A stretch of DNA of 64,000 nt, from NCBI RefSeq assembly GCF_018350175.1, contig NC_058377.1:112158001-112222000 (forward strand), given 5' to 3'. Below the pieces are notes generated by a model, which was not told the DNA's origin, made no database searches, and saw nothing but the letters and a program-made list of their open reading frames with translations. The first letter of the stretch is position 1. Every line of letters starts with the position of its first letter. Below, piece after piece: positions 22,901 through 35,249 of this stretch. A program made the position numbers and the translations under genes. This DNA is from Felis catus (Eukaryota).

Positions 22901-23664
22901 GCCTCGCACTGGACACGTTGCAAAGAAACGGACCAGAAACGCACATGGTGACTGTCACCTCTTAGCTGGACAGTAAGGTGCAGGTGGGGGGGGCACACAG
23001 AGACGGTGACGGGACACTGTTGTGCTGTCCCTGTGTGGAAAGCGGCCCCCCTAAGCAGAGGGTCCCAGAGGCAGCACAGCTGCCCCCAGAGCCCGTCTCG
23101 AAGCGGGTCCCCCCGCCCCGGGCGCTGGACGGAAGGGGGAGCTCGGCCGGGCGGCCAGGGGTGCGGAGGGGGGGCTCCCGCGTCCGCGGGCAGTGCAGCC
23201 TCCGGGGCCCCTTAGGGTGGGCGTCCCGGCTGGGACCCACCGCCCGGGCTGGCCACCGCGTCATGGACCCCGCCACCTGCTCTTGTCTGCTGCCCCCAGA
23301 GCCAGGCCCGGACCCCACGGGGCAGCCGTGGTGCCAACCCAAACAGCTCGTGGCCCTGGGTGGCCCGATGGGAGCAGGGTGGCTGGGAGGGCAGCCTCCT
23401 GGGGTCACATCAGCGTGCAGACCACACGATGACACCGGCTGCCTAGGGGAGACCGTGAGGAAGCGGGCGCGTTCTCCCATGGCCCATCCTCCCCACCGGA
23501 GCCACCGTGAGTGGGAGACACGGACCCCGTTTGGCCGCCCTTCCCCTGCGGCTCCCTGCCGGGGTCCGGTCCCACGCCACCCACCTGCCCTCCGGGCACC
23601 CTCTGCCTCGGCCGTGCTGGCATCTCCCTGCTCCCACGAGCTGGTTTTGCGGTTTATGTGTACT

Positions 23665-24025
23665 TTCGACAAAATTGAGGTGCAATTCATACAATGAAAT
23701 TACATTGTGCCTTTTCAAATGCACAGTCAGTGGCATTTAACACCTCTCAGTGCTGTGCTGCCACCACCTCCATCTGGTTCCAGAACATTCTTGCTGCCCC
23801 AAAGGAAGCCCGTACCTACCGGCTGCCACTCCGTGTCCCCCTCCCCCCAGCCCCCCCAGCCCTGGCACCCACCCGTCTACTTCCTGTCTCTGGATTTGCC
23901 TGTTCCGGGTGATGAAATCATGCAACACGTGATCTCTGTGTCTGGCTCCTTTCGCTCAGCATCATCTTTTCGAGGCTCGTCCACGTCGTGGCCAGGGTCA
24001 GTGCCTGGCTCCTCTTTGAGGGTGA
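23665..24025 (-). mobile_element. L1MB-like 3'-end fragment
   Basis: attgaggtgcaattcataca...ttccagaacattctt...cagccctggcacccacccgtctacttcctgtctctggatttgcctgttc. Confidence 0.8.
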
Positions 24026-24689
24026 GGACCGCTCCCCGGCGTGGGTTCCCGTGGGCGTCCCAGGGCAGGGTGGCTCGGCCGCCCCGGACTCAGGCCGGGC
24101 TCCGGCTCTTTGGGGAGTTGAGATCAGAGCCGGCGCTGGCCAGGCACCGAGTCAGGAGGGGCAGAAGCTCACGGAGTCCACGCTGCACTGGGAGGCAGGT
24201 CCTGTCACCGACCCCCTTGGGCAGGACTCAGCCCAGCGTCTGGCCCTGGGGCCCAGGTTCTTGCTCCAGACCCAGCCGGATGAGAGAAGGACCGTGTCCT
24301 GGGGCTGCTGGTGGGGGGGGCGGTGTTCTGAATTTGTGACAAGTACTCTAGCATGTCGTGTCCCCCCACACCCATGTAAGTTGGGGGACACGTAGCTGAT
24401 GCCCCGACCGCTCCCCAGAGCTCAGGCCAAGTCCAGCGAGATGGGGGCTGGGGGCCCGAGCTGCTCTGAGCACATGGGGCCGGGCTGCCAGGGTCACACC
24501 TGCCCAAAGGGGTGCCCGGCCCGCGGGGCCGGGGAACAGGGCGACACGCAAATGCGCACCTGCCCGGAACAGCCCTCCCGCCCACACCGGACAGGGCAGG
24601 GCTGACGCTGCAGGGAAGATCGGCCTCCCGGCACAGAAGGCAGGTGCACAGGGCGACGCTCACCGCCGGAGGAAGTTCCTACAGACACA

Positions 24690-24905
24690 CTTCCTCCCTC
24701 CCTCCCATTATCAGTCCGTGGTTCATCCATCCTTCTGTCCGTCCTCCACTGGTTGACCTGTCCATCCACCCACACGACCCGTTATCCATCCGTCCACCTG
24801 TCCATCCCAACTCCCCGCCTGTCCACCGACCCCCAACTCTCATCCATCCATCTATCTGCCTGTCTGCCCATCTGTCTGTCTGTCTGTCCACCCAGCCTTT
24901 CGTCC
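24690..24905. repeat. Degenerate (TCCA)/(TCTG) simple repeat
   Basis: ccatccatcc...tctgtctgtctgtcc low-complexity tract. Confidence 0.85.
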
Positions 24906-26129
24906 ACTGGTCTGACGTCTGTTAGGGTCAAGCATTGTGAGGGTCACGTAGTTCAGCACGAGGGCAGCCAACGTGGAGAGCCTGGGCCAGCAGTGCCCAC
25001 AGGGAGCAGGGCCCAGCCCTTGGGAGTCTACGGAGAAGGCGGGGGGGGGCAGGCCCCCTGAGCGCCAGGGTGCGGATACTGGCTGGGGACCCAGGGACAG
25101 GGGCGTGGCCCCGCACAACCGAGATGGGCTGGGTGGGGCCTGCACCCCACTCTGTGTGCACGCACACACACGCTCCCCCCGCCCGGGCCACGGGCACACG
25201 CCTGGCACCCCCAGGTCCAGGCTCTTAGACGTCACCACAACTGCCCTCCCAGGGTTGGTCCCCTGGGCTGGATCCCAGCCATGCCGGTCAGAGGACAGCA
25301 GCCCAGGAGCCCCTTGTGGTCCTCCCCCCCCACCCCCTGCCTCCCTGCAGAGATGTCCCCACGTGGCCGGAAGCCGGGGGGCTGGGCCAGCTGTAAATGA
25401 CAGGGTGCGGCTGGGCCTGTCATGCTTCTTTTTTTGTTAAAGTTCAAGTCTGTTGGACTGTGCTGAGCATGAGGCTCGGTCTAAAATAAACCCGGAGGTG
25501 CGTCAGTGTGTGGGCTGGCTCTGCGGGCTGGAGGCCGGCTCCGCGGCGGGCGGGGGGTGGGGGCCGGGGGCCACCTGCTGCTGTGTGGCCCCGGGACCGT
25601 CACCTCCTGGGAGCCCGAGGGCAGAGAAGCGGGCCCCGGGCTCGGAGGCCGTGTCTGGAGGGCTTGGGGACCCGCTGCCTGGCGTCGGGTGGCCACCCTC
25701 AGTTTTCCCCACGAGCGCTGGGAGTCAGGCATCCCCGATGTGGCTCCGACTTCTTGTGCCAGGGAACTGTCGGTGGGGGGGGAGCGGTGGGGGGGGGAAC
25801 TGTGGGGGCAGAACAAAGCAGAGGAGTGTTCTCCCCCCGGGAGACACACGCAGTGTTTCCGGAGCGCCTTCGAGTGTCGAGTGGTAGGTTCTGCACTGAA
25901 GCCCAGGCAGAAGGGGGGCTCCCCAGGGAGGCCGGGGGTGGGGGCTGCAGCCCAGCGAGAAGAGGGGCTCCCCAGGGAGGCTGCGGATGGGGAGGGGGCT
26001 GCAGCAGGCTGCTCATTGTCTTCTCCGCGTCTTCCCCACCGGCTCCCAGGCCCGGGGCTTCCAGCTTCTGGTTTGAAGATATCTGTCCCCCAGGGGCCTA
26101 GAGTGGCAGGACGGCCAGGACCCTGGCTG

Positions 26130-26560
26130 GTAGCTGGCCTCCCGTTCTCCCGTCCCACCGCAATCCTGATGCCGTTTAGCGCAGCAACACCCCCAGGTTC
26201 TAAAATGAATAATTTCCTGGCTTCTCTTGAAACCGCGGGGGGATGCATAGTATGGTCCTAGCCAATGGGACGCAGGTGCAGATCTGCTGGGAATTTCCAG
26301 GAAAGTTTGGCTTCTCTAATATAGGTGCCAATCTGCCACTTCCTTTGGCCTTCTTGCCTGGAATGTGGATGCTAACAGCTGGAACGCCAGCAGCCGTCTT
26401 GTGACAGCGAGGTGATGGCCAAGAGAATTTAAGCTCTCGTGTCCTTGACCTGTGGAATCAATGCCTTCAACTCTCCACCTTCCGATTTAAAGACCGAATA
26501 ACCTCCAAGTTGTCTCAAAGCTGCTGTTTACTTTGGTGGTCTTTACTCCCTAACTGATAA
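26130..26560. mobile_element. ERVL-class LTR remnant (LTR33/LTR16-like)
   Basis: ttcctggcttctcttg...tagccaatggga...cttgcctggaatgtggatgct...cagcagccgtcttgtgac; subfamily uncertain. Confidence 0.6.
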
Positions 26561-27291
26561 ACTTGGGAAAGGGTCGTCCAACTCAGAGGTTCCAGGTTCC
26601 CATGCCCGTGGGTGCTGCTCTGTTGTAACATTATGCCCACAGCTCTCGTGAGAAGTCAGAAGGATCGATCAGTGACAGACCCCGGCTCTTTGGGAAGGCT
26701 GGGTCCTCCTCTCCTCTCCTTAGCTGAGAGAAAAAACCCTGCCCTCCGGGACAGGACCGACCGCTCTCCACACCTCTCTCCTGAGGGCCCCGTGTGGGCA
26801 CAGTTCCCTTCTCCGCGGCCCCCAGCATGTGGCTGGCCCCGGGCACGTCACGCCGAACACATCTGCTGAGTGGGTGCCGGCTGGCCCAGGGGGTCCCGCT
26901 TGCAGCTTGGTACAGGGGACACGCACCTAAGAGGTGCGTCCGGGCGGCCTGGGGACAGGGGAGGGGAGGAAGACACAGAGGGCGGGAGGAGGGTGGCCGG
27001 GCAGCGGGGCCGAGGCACTGGTGAGTCGTGTGCTGGGGAAAGCCGGAGACGGAGGGAGGGTGCAGGGAGGGCTGTGGGAGGCTGCTGGCCAGACCGGGAC
27101 GGTTCCGGGGCAGAGAGACGGCAGAGTGGGCGAGGAGGGGCCCCAGGAGGGAGAGGGGAGCTAGGATGATTGCAGTCGTCCAGGGTCCAGGGGAGGAAAG
27201 TGGTGCCGCTCCTGAGCCCGGATCTCTCCTCCCCCAGCCGGCAGAGTGCGCCCCCCCCGTTCCCTGAGCGCCCCTCCCTCCACGGGAGCCC

Positions 27292-27754
27292 CTGCGGGGG
27301 TCTGGTCTCCCGCCGAAAGCCGTGTCCGTGCCCGAACCCTAGACACCTGTGAATGTGACCGTATTTGGAAGGATGGTCTTTGCAGATGTAACTAAGATAA
27401 GGATCTCAAGATGTGAAGACCCTGGATTTAGGGCGGGCCTGGGGTCCCAAGACAGGTGCCCTTGAGACAGCGGAGGGGAGAACGCACGGAGCGGGGGGAC
27501 CACGTGAAGGCGGAGGCAGAGACCAGAGGGACGCGGCCAACAACCAGGAACGCAGGCCTGGAGCCCCGGACGAGGAGGGTAGGAGCCTCAGGGTGGGGGG
27601 TGGGGGGGCGCGGCCCTGCTCACACCCTGATTTCAGCCCCGTGATAACTGCGTTGGGACTTGCGGCTTCCAGAACCACGGGAGAATAAATTCGTGTCGTT
27701 CCAAGCCCCCTGGCTCGTGGTGCTTTGCGGCGGCCACCCCGGAACACGCACACA
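27292..27754 (+). mobile_element. MaLR LTR (MLT1C-like)
   Basis: acctgtgaatgtgaccgtatttggaa...gtctttgcagatgtaactaag...ttccagaaccacgggagaataaattc. Confidence 0.85.
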
Positions 27755-28431
27755 CTTCTGCTGCTGATGCTGCGTGGCCGGCCTTGCCTCCGTCCCCAGG
27801 GGCGCCTTGGTGGCAGGGACTGGGTGGGTGCAGGGCTGGGCGGCCGTCCTCGGCCCTGCGCCCAGGAGCCACTGCTCGGGGCACCCAGGTCGGTCACCTG
27901 CCCGGCCGGACCGTGCATTTACAGGTAGATGGGGGGGCTCCGGGACCCCCTGACAGGGTGTCCAAAAATTGGACTGTGTGAAACCCAGCCCCCACTCAGC
28001 CACCTGGTCCTGGTCCAGCATCAGGAGAGCAGGGTCCACGAATGTGGGAGACTGGGGGGGGGTGCACCACCCACACACGGCCCACCGGCCCCACGGGGCC
28101 CCTGGGTACGTGCACCCTCCAGACGTCCTCTATTCCTTCCCTGGGCGGCTCGGTGGCTACCTGAGCCTTCGTCCCGAGGGGCTGGGCCCAGGACGCCAAG
28201 GGGAGCAAAGCTGCCCACCCGGGCCCCTTCTGGATGGCACGTGGGGCCTCTATGCCAGGCTCAGGATGGGGCAAAGGGAGAGTGGCTTCTGGGGGAGCCG
28301 TCCTGGCCCTGAGCCGATGCTAAGGAGGTGGCTCCCTGCTGTCCTCTAAGATGATCAGTGCCCTGGCCTTGGTCAGTGCTGAGTCGGGACAGAAAGAGGA
28401 AGCTGGGGGACTTTCCTTTCCGTTAAAAACA

Positions 28432-28626
28432 TTTTAAGTTTATTTATTTTGGGAGAGAGAGACAGAGGGAGGCAGGGGAGGGACAGAGAGACAGGGAGTG
28501 AGAATCCCAAATGAGCCCTGTGCTGTCAGCACAGAGCCCAACGTGGGGCTTGATCTCACGAACTGCGAGGCCACGACCAAAATCAAGAGTTGGACGCTTA
28601 ACTGACTGAGCCACCCAGGCGCCCCC
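28432..28626 (-). mobile_element. Can-SINE
   Basis: tttatttattttgggagagaga...cgcttaactgactgagccacccaggcgcccc. Confidence 0.94.
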
Positions 28627-29030
28627 GCGGTGACATTTCTAGAGCAAGAAACAAACGGGGAAGCGGGAAGCCAGGTCACTTGTGTTCCGGGGACGACGGA
28701 GGGGCCCCTTGGGGATGAGACCAGATGGCCCCGAGTCAGAGCAAGCCCCCTGGGCACAGCCAGCCTCCAGGGAAAAGCCCAACTCGGGAGCAGAAAGGCA
28801 GAGCTCACGACGGGGACACGAGTGGCCACGTGTCGGAGCGTGGGGACCACCCTGGGCGCCGGCTCAGGGCCCCCCGCCCCCCGCAGAGAATCACTGGTCC
28901 ATCGGTCCAGAAGAGCCCGTCGGCGAGGAGGTTCCCGAGCCGGCCAGCTGGTGCCACAAAAGCCCTGAGCTGGCAGGACAGGCCCGTCTCGTCCTCGGGG
29001 CCCGTGCCCCTTGTTCTACACCCAGTGCTG

Positions 29031-29084
29031 ACGGTGTGGCTCATGGCGTGGCTCACGGCGTGGCTCACGGCGTGGCTCACGGCG
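29031..29084. repeat. 12-bp tandem repeat (acggcgtggctc) x~4.5
   Basis: acggtgtggctc atggcgtggctc acggcgtggctc acggcgtggctc acggcg. Confidence 0.93.
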
Positions 29085-29189
29085 AGGACAGCGCCACCCA
29101 GGGCAGCCCTGAGGGCTCGGAGCACAGAAGGTGGGACCACAGCGCCCCCCGGAGCCCTGACCCCGTAGGCCGGTTTCCCGTGGGGGGAT

Positions 29190-29613
29190 CCGGGCTTCCC
29201 GCGGCCACCGTCACGAAACACACAGAAACGTGCCGTCTCAGTCTGCAGGCCGGGCGTCCCAGATCAAGGTGCCGGCAGAGCTGGCTCCTGCTGGGGGCCG
29301 AGGCGGAGTCTGTCCCGGGCCCTCCCCCCGCTTCTGGCGGTTTGCTGACCATCTGCGGGGCCCCTCCCCCCATCTCTGCTCCCACGTTCACACGGTGTCT
29401 CCCTGCCTGCCCGCCTGCCTGGGTCCAAGCTCCCTTTTTTACAGGAACATCGGTCACCGGACCGAGGCTGCCCCCCCACCCCCACCCCGGGAAGACCCCA
29501 TCTTAACCACTCACATCTGTGGAGACCCTAATTCCAAATAAGGTCACATTCTGAGGCCCGGAGGGGTTAGGACTTCGATGTACGAATTTGGGGGGACGTA
29601 ATTCAGCTCACAA
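29190..29613 (-). mobile_element. MaLR LTR (MLT1C-like)
   Basis: agatcaaggtgccggcag...ttccaaataaggtcacattctgagg...ggttaggacttc...gaatttggggggac. Confidence 0.82.
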
Positions 29614-30004
29614 GAGTGAGGAGGCAGACAGGCTCGTCTTCCAGGCCTCCCTGCGAGGGCAGGCCGGTCTCGTCCGTCTTGGCGAGACGAGAGTGAGGCC
29701 AGCCAGGGGGTCCCCGGGGAGGAACGGAGTCGGGGCCCATCCTGCCGCTTCCAGACCAAGCACCGCACCCTCTTCTGCGAGGTCAGGGCGAGAAGGACGA
29801 TGCCGATCCGAACGCCCCGTTACAGGGCCGCGGTGCGCCCACGTGAGAACCCGGGCGAGGTGCCCACCGCGATGTCCGACGTGCGTCCGACGGCCGGGAG
29901 CCGTGGCCTCGTGATTGGTACCGAGAGGAAAAGCCAACACGGCAGAGACCTCCAGACGTTCTCGGTCACCCCTTCGGAGGAACCTCGGGGCCGGCCCGGT
30001 GATC

Positions 30005-30395
30005 TTTTATTTTGAGTGGCGGCAAAAGGTGTGTAACACGGAATGGACCGCTTTAGCCACGTTCGGATGCGTCGCTCTGTGGCGTTACGTATGTCCACGT
30101 GGCGGTGAGACAGAAATCCAGGGTGGTCCATCTTCCCAGACTGAAGCCCCGTGAATGTCAGCGCACACGCCCTCCCCCCGCCGCGGCGCCCACCGTCCTG
30201 CTCTCCGTCCACGCGTGTGACTCCCGTCGGGCCCTCGCGGAAGTGGGAGGGTGCGGGACGCGTCCCTGCGTGTCTGGCCCGTGTCCCTCAGCGTCCTGCC
30301 TTCGGGTCCGTCCTGCTGCAGCAGGTGTGAGCATCCCCTTCCTTTTAAGGGCCGAGTACTATTCCACCGTGTGGACGGACTGCATTTTGTTCAGT
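30005..30395 (-). mobile_element. L1MB-like 3'-end fragment, strongly GC-shifted
   Basis: Still collinear with the recalled L1MB 3' end (catcttcccagactgaa; ccttccttttaagggccgagtactattccaccgtgtg) despite many AT-to-GC changes. Confidence 0.75.
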
Positions 30396-30798
30396 GCCCG
30401 CCCGCCCTCCATCGGGGTTCCTCTTCATCCGAGGGCATCTCTCTCTCCACTCAGCCGGACCGCAGCCTCCGCGTCTCCTGCTCCATTGGCCGAGGGCAAA
30501 GGGCATGATTGACACCCTCTAGTCCCAGACCGACTTCGTAAGAAACAAAACCTCTTCCTTGGCTTCGTAAGAAACAAAACCCAAAAGTGGGCGGGTGGGA
30601 GGCTGCGGAGGTCGGTCTGGCAGCTCCACAGGGCGCCCTCCTGACCCGGCCAGCTCTGCGCTCCAGGGGGCAGGTGGTGGGCCCAGGTCAGTTGACGCCC
30701 GGTTCTGCAGGGCGCGGCGGGCTAGGCCCGAGAGGCGCCCCGGGCTGGCGGGCGCTGACGGCCGGAGCGAGGCTCTGGGACTGGTTTGTAGTCCCAGG

Positions 30799-30952
30799 CA
30801 GTGGTTTTCGGTGGGGTGATCGTACCTTCACCCCAGAGCCATTGAGCAAGGTCTGGAGGCATTTTGGTTGTCACAGCTGGACCGACCTCCCACGGTGCGC
30901 CCGGAGCCCCACAAGGGGGGACGGTCTGGCCCCAGCCGTCACTGTGCTGAGG
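30799..30952 (+). mobile_element. MER20 fragment (degenerate)
   Basis: cagtggttttcg...gcaaggtctggaggcattttggttgtcacagctgg. Confidence 0.7.
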
Positions 30953-31171
30953 GCGGCCTCGGCGGGAGGGACCGGCAGTGAGGACAGGCTGTCGTGCACC
31001 CTGCCGATGGTGCCTAGAAGGGATTTACCGCCCAGGATCCATCCAGCTCCTCCGCGCAAGGGCCACTGAGTCCCTGGGTGCATCACAGCGGCCTGCCGGG
31101 CGATTCTGAGCGCCGACCGTATGCCTCATCCGAGGGGAGAGGCGGGGACGGGGAGATGACGAACCCGCTAG

Positions 31172-31577
31172 GCAGGGAGTTGAACGGTGGTCTGCTAAAG
31201 GGTATGTCCGCGTCCTAAGCCCTGTGACCTGCGGCTGTGACCTTATCTGGAAATGGGGTCTTCGCAGATGCGGTAACGTTCAAGATCTCACGATGAGCTC
31301 GTCCTGGATGACCTGGGGGGGCCCTATTCACCTGACAGGTAGGAGAAGACACACAGGGAGGAGCCGTGTGAGGACACACGAGCCTTCGGGGGTCAGAGGG
31401 AGCGAGGCCGGGTCCTGCTGCAGAGCCTCTGGAGGGGGCTGGGCCCCTCTGGTGGGGTGTGAACCTTGATCTCACAGTCGGCCTGGCTCCAGAGCTGGGA
31501 GGGAAGAAGCTCCTGTTGTCTGAAGCCCCCAGCTGAGGGCCCCGCGTGGCAGCAAGCAGCTCCGGGAGGCTGGTGCA
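31172..31577 (+). mobile_element. MaLR LTR (MLT1C/D-like)
   Basis: tatgtccgcgtcctaa...tgtgaccttatctggaaatggggtcttcgcagatg...tcctgttgtctgaagcc. Confidence 0.75.
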
Positions 31578-32203
31578 GTCGGCACTCAGCCCTGCCTCCG
31601 GGGCCTCGGTCCCGCAGGGCTCCTGACCCTCACGGCTCCGTCAGCGTGCGGACAGCGCTCTGGGTGCCAGGGGAGCCGAGACGCTGACCGGGCTTCCCCG
31701 GGAGCGCCCGAGGATGGCCGGCCAATCCATTCCGGTAACGGGTGCCAGGCTGGCGGATGGGACTGGGGGGTGATGGGGGCTGGCGGGCGACCAGAACCCA
31801 TGACCGTCCCAGCGGGGTGCTGGCTGGCCGACTATTAGTTCAGAGGGCACCCTGTTTGGGAAAGACACCAGAGAGCCACGTGCCCAATTTGGTGTCGCCG
31901 GAAGGTGACTGGCCAACGAGTGTCTGTTTGGCCAGACAGCTCCCTGAAAGGGCAAGAAACAAGGCCGTCGGGAGATCTGGCCTTGCCACCCACCCCTCTG
32001 CACCTCTTCCAGGCGTGGGGTGCCCAGGTTCAAACCCCTGCTCCCCACGGCCAGCAGAGAGGCCGTGATACAGTCCCACGCCTCGGTGTCCTCATCTGTA
32101 ACACGGGGCCCCCCGCTCAGAACTGCGTGACGGTAAAAGGGTCCCCGAAGGTGGGCTTCTCACTTGCGGGACCTTCCTGTGCCAACCGGTAACGACTGCC
32201 GTT

Positions 32204-32450
32204 TGTTATGGTCTGAACGTTCGTGACCCCCTCCTCCAAATTCTGATGTTCCAGCCTGCCCCCCAGTGGGATGGTATTCGGGGGTGGGGCCTTTGGGAGG
32301 TAGGGAGGGTCAGGTGAGGTCATGGGGGAGCGGTCCCCGCCTGACGGGACTGGCGCCCTTGCACGAAGAGACACCGGAGAGCTGGCTCTCTCTGGGCCAC
32401 ACGGGCGCACAGCCAGAGGCGGCCGTCTGTGAGCCAGGAGGGGCCCTCGG
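32204..32450 (+). mobile_element. MaLR LTR (MLT1A-like) 5' part
   Basis: tgttatggtctgaacgt...gatggtattcggggg...ggggcctttgggagg...ggccgtctgtgagccagga. Confidence 0.8.
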
Positions 32451-33199
32451 CAGAGCAAGGGCAGGGGGGAGCCACTGGGTCAGGGCGGTCCTGGGACCGG
32501 GAGCAGGGCCACTACTCTGCAGTGACTTGGCTGTTGCTGTCAATGGGAAACAAAAGCAGGTAGGAAGCCCGGCCATCCGCCCCCATGACCTGGAGTCCTG
32601 TCTCACCGCCACGGGGAAGGGCCATGTCGACCTGCCCTTAGCTCATCGGGCAACAAAGGAGTGAATGTGTCAGGGGCCACCCCAAGACCCTGCCCGGATT
32701 CTGAGTCAAGAAGGGACCCCGCAAGGTGCAAGGTGAGGGGAGCTTGTGGTGCCCCCACGGGCGAGGCTCCGGCTTGGGCTCCACTGTCCACGTCCCCGTC
32801 CAGGAGCCCTTTGGGGACGGCGACCTTCAGAGCCAATGGACGCCAAAGTCAGGGGCACCGCAGGGGTGGTGGGGCCAGCCTGAGTGCACGCCCCTGGACC
32901 GTACTGGTTCTCGGTGGGTGACCACGGCCCCTGCACGGCGGCCACATCTCTTTCCGCCCGAGACGTGGATGGACGCGGCTTCCGCAGCTGCTGAGCGCAC
33001 TGTCTGAGCCACTGGTCTGGCTGGTCTAGGTCCGCCCGGCGTGGCCAGTCAGCTTCTGTAGGTGCGCGTCTCCTCCTCACGAGCTGGCGAGCCCGCTGCC
33101 CGGCCCCCACTTGTGCGTCGGGTGGTCCGGCCTCCACTTGCCCGCGGCCTCCGCTCGCTGCCCCTCTCCTCTGAGGGCATCTACCTTAAGCTCACCGCA

Positions 33200-33355
33200 G
33201 GAGCCGGAGTCCGACCTCTGTGCCTCCGTTTCCCCACCTGAGCACAGCCTAGCGACTGGGTTGACTTCTCAGGGCTGTCGGTGTGATTAGATGGGGTCGC
33301 GCTTGTACCCCGTTAGCACGGTGCCTGGCACGTGACAGGTGCTCAATAAACAGTG
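33200..33355 (+). mobile_element. MIR fragment
   Basis: ctctgtgcctccgtttccccacctg...ttagcacggtgcctggcacgtgacaggtgctcaataaa. Confidence 0.75.
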
Positions 33356-33366
33356 AGCATTTCTTG

Positions 33367-33370
<4 letters not shown>

Positions 33371-33418
<48 letters not shown>
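33371..33418. repeat. (GT)24 microsatellite
   Basis: 48-nt perfect dinucleotide run. Confidence 0.98.
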
Positions 33419-33419
<1 letters not shown>

Positions 33420-33421
<2 letters not shown>

Positions 33422-34073
33422 ACAGCAAATATGTCATTCCAACACCGATTCTCCGGTCTCCCACGCCAGCTGGGGGTCCCACAGTCCGTTCTGGTCGGCG
33501 CGGACCCATGCGGCGGGGGCTCGGTCCTGCGTGACGGCTCCTCTCCGTTTGTGCCATCCAAGTCCAGGCCACGCGTACTTTGACCCACCCTGCCCGGCTA
33601 TGAACCGGGGGTTCCCACGATCTCCTTTTCCAGTTGGGTAATTTGCTAGGACATCTCACCAAACTCAGGAAAGTGCTTTCCTTATGCTAATCGGTCTATT
33701 ATCAAGGGTACGGCTCCAGAGCTGCCCGACGGAAGAGACGCGAGGGGCGGAGTAGGGGGGCGCCGGATCTCCTCGCGCCTCTGCGGGTCCTCCAGCCCCA
33801 GTCTCTCCCGGCCCCGCTGTCCGGGTCACTGGACTCCCTTCCTCCTCGCCAGCTCCCGCTGGGGGGTGGGTACGGGGGCGGGGCTGACAGCTCTGACCCT
33901 CTCATCGTAAGATCCCTTCTTACTCCGGTGGCCACCCATCCTGAAGCTGTCTTGGGTCCCCCACGAGCCATCTCACTGGCGAACAAGAGACAGTAAGTTC
34001 CAAGGGGTTTAGGGACTCAGGGCCAGGAGCTGATGCTTATTAACAGCCTATTTATTTGTACTTATCATGCCAC
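33420..34073. mobile_element. MER21-like LTR
   Basis: gggggttcccacgatctcc...taatttgctaggacatctcaccaaactcaggaaagtgcttt...tattatcaagggtac, resembling recalled MER21. Confidence 0.7.
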
Positions 34074-35249
34074 GGCTCTCGGCTGCCCCGACGCCCTGCT
34101 CGCTGCGGCCTTTCCTCTAGCACGAGCCCCTCCCTGCACTCCTTCGGGGGGCCGTGCGGACCTTGCGGGCCCAGGACCTCGGCCGTGGGCTTGCTGCCTT
34201 GCTTGTGCGCGGTGTGCACGCTCCCACCCGCCCTGGGCTTCTCCCCGCGCCCTCTAGCTGCCGACCTTCTGGGCGGAATCCTGCCCCTGCCCGTTCTACG
34301 CCCACCACTGGCACGTGGGCCTGGCTGGAGCGGGTGTCTGAGAATTACCCTTACTTCTCAGGCTTCAGGGAGGGCCGGAGCCACTTGGAACAGAAAAATA
34401 ACTCCCAGTTTGCAGAACCGACTTGAAAGACTGAGTGCTTGTTCTAGGCAGCTGGTTTCTGAGCGCGGATTCCTCTGCGGCAGGGGTCCTGGGTCCCCGT
34501 GATGCTGGAAGCCCACGATCACATGCAGATAGTTCAGAAGCTGCGGTCAAGTCCCTGGAAACCCAGGTCCGAGCTCCGTGGCGGCAGAGTGAAGACAAAT
34601 TCATTATCAGCTCAGGCCAGAGCTGGAAATGCCGATGCCTCCTGCCAGGGTCCCCCCTGCAGCATGGCCGGCGGGAGCCTCCTCGGGGCCCGGTCCCGGG
34701 AGCCACGTGTGTGCCATCCCTGGTCAGATGTTCCTGGACCCCCCGTCCTCTCGGGCGACCCTCCCTCCAGCGGAAGGCGGGGGGGTGCCCTCACCACTCG
34801 GGCTTCCCGTCTGAAATCGCTGCTCCGGATTGTCACATAAAACGACAATCTTCCTGAACAGAGCCTTAGACGCAGATAGGGACACACAACCATTTCTAGC
34901 AATCGGTTGCCAAACCTCCCTTCCCGCTGGGACCACCCCTCATTCCAGGTCTGTGTGGGGAGGGTTCTGCTTCCAGGACCCCCGGCCTGTGTCCTGCCTC
35001 CTTCCTTCCGCCCACTTCCCTGGCCTTGCTGCCGAACCCCCCTCTCACGACAGCATTTGGTGGGGCCGGGGGGTGGGGTGGCTGGGCACCAGGAGGCTGT
35101 CCTTGGGTCCTGCTTTGGAAGCCCACTCTGCAATGCCCGTTTACACATGTGTCCCTGTCCCTGAGGGAGGGCACCGAGTCTCAGGCAGGTCGTCGAGGGC
35201 TCGGGGTGTGGTCTGCAGGGGAGGCTTGTGTGTGCTGGGATCAGGGGTC

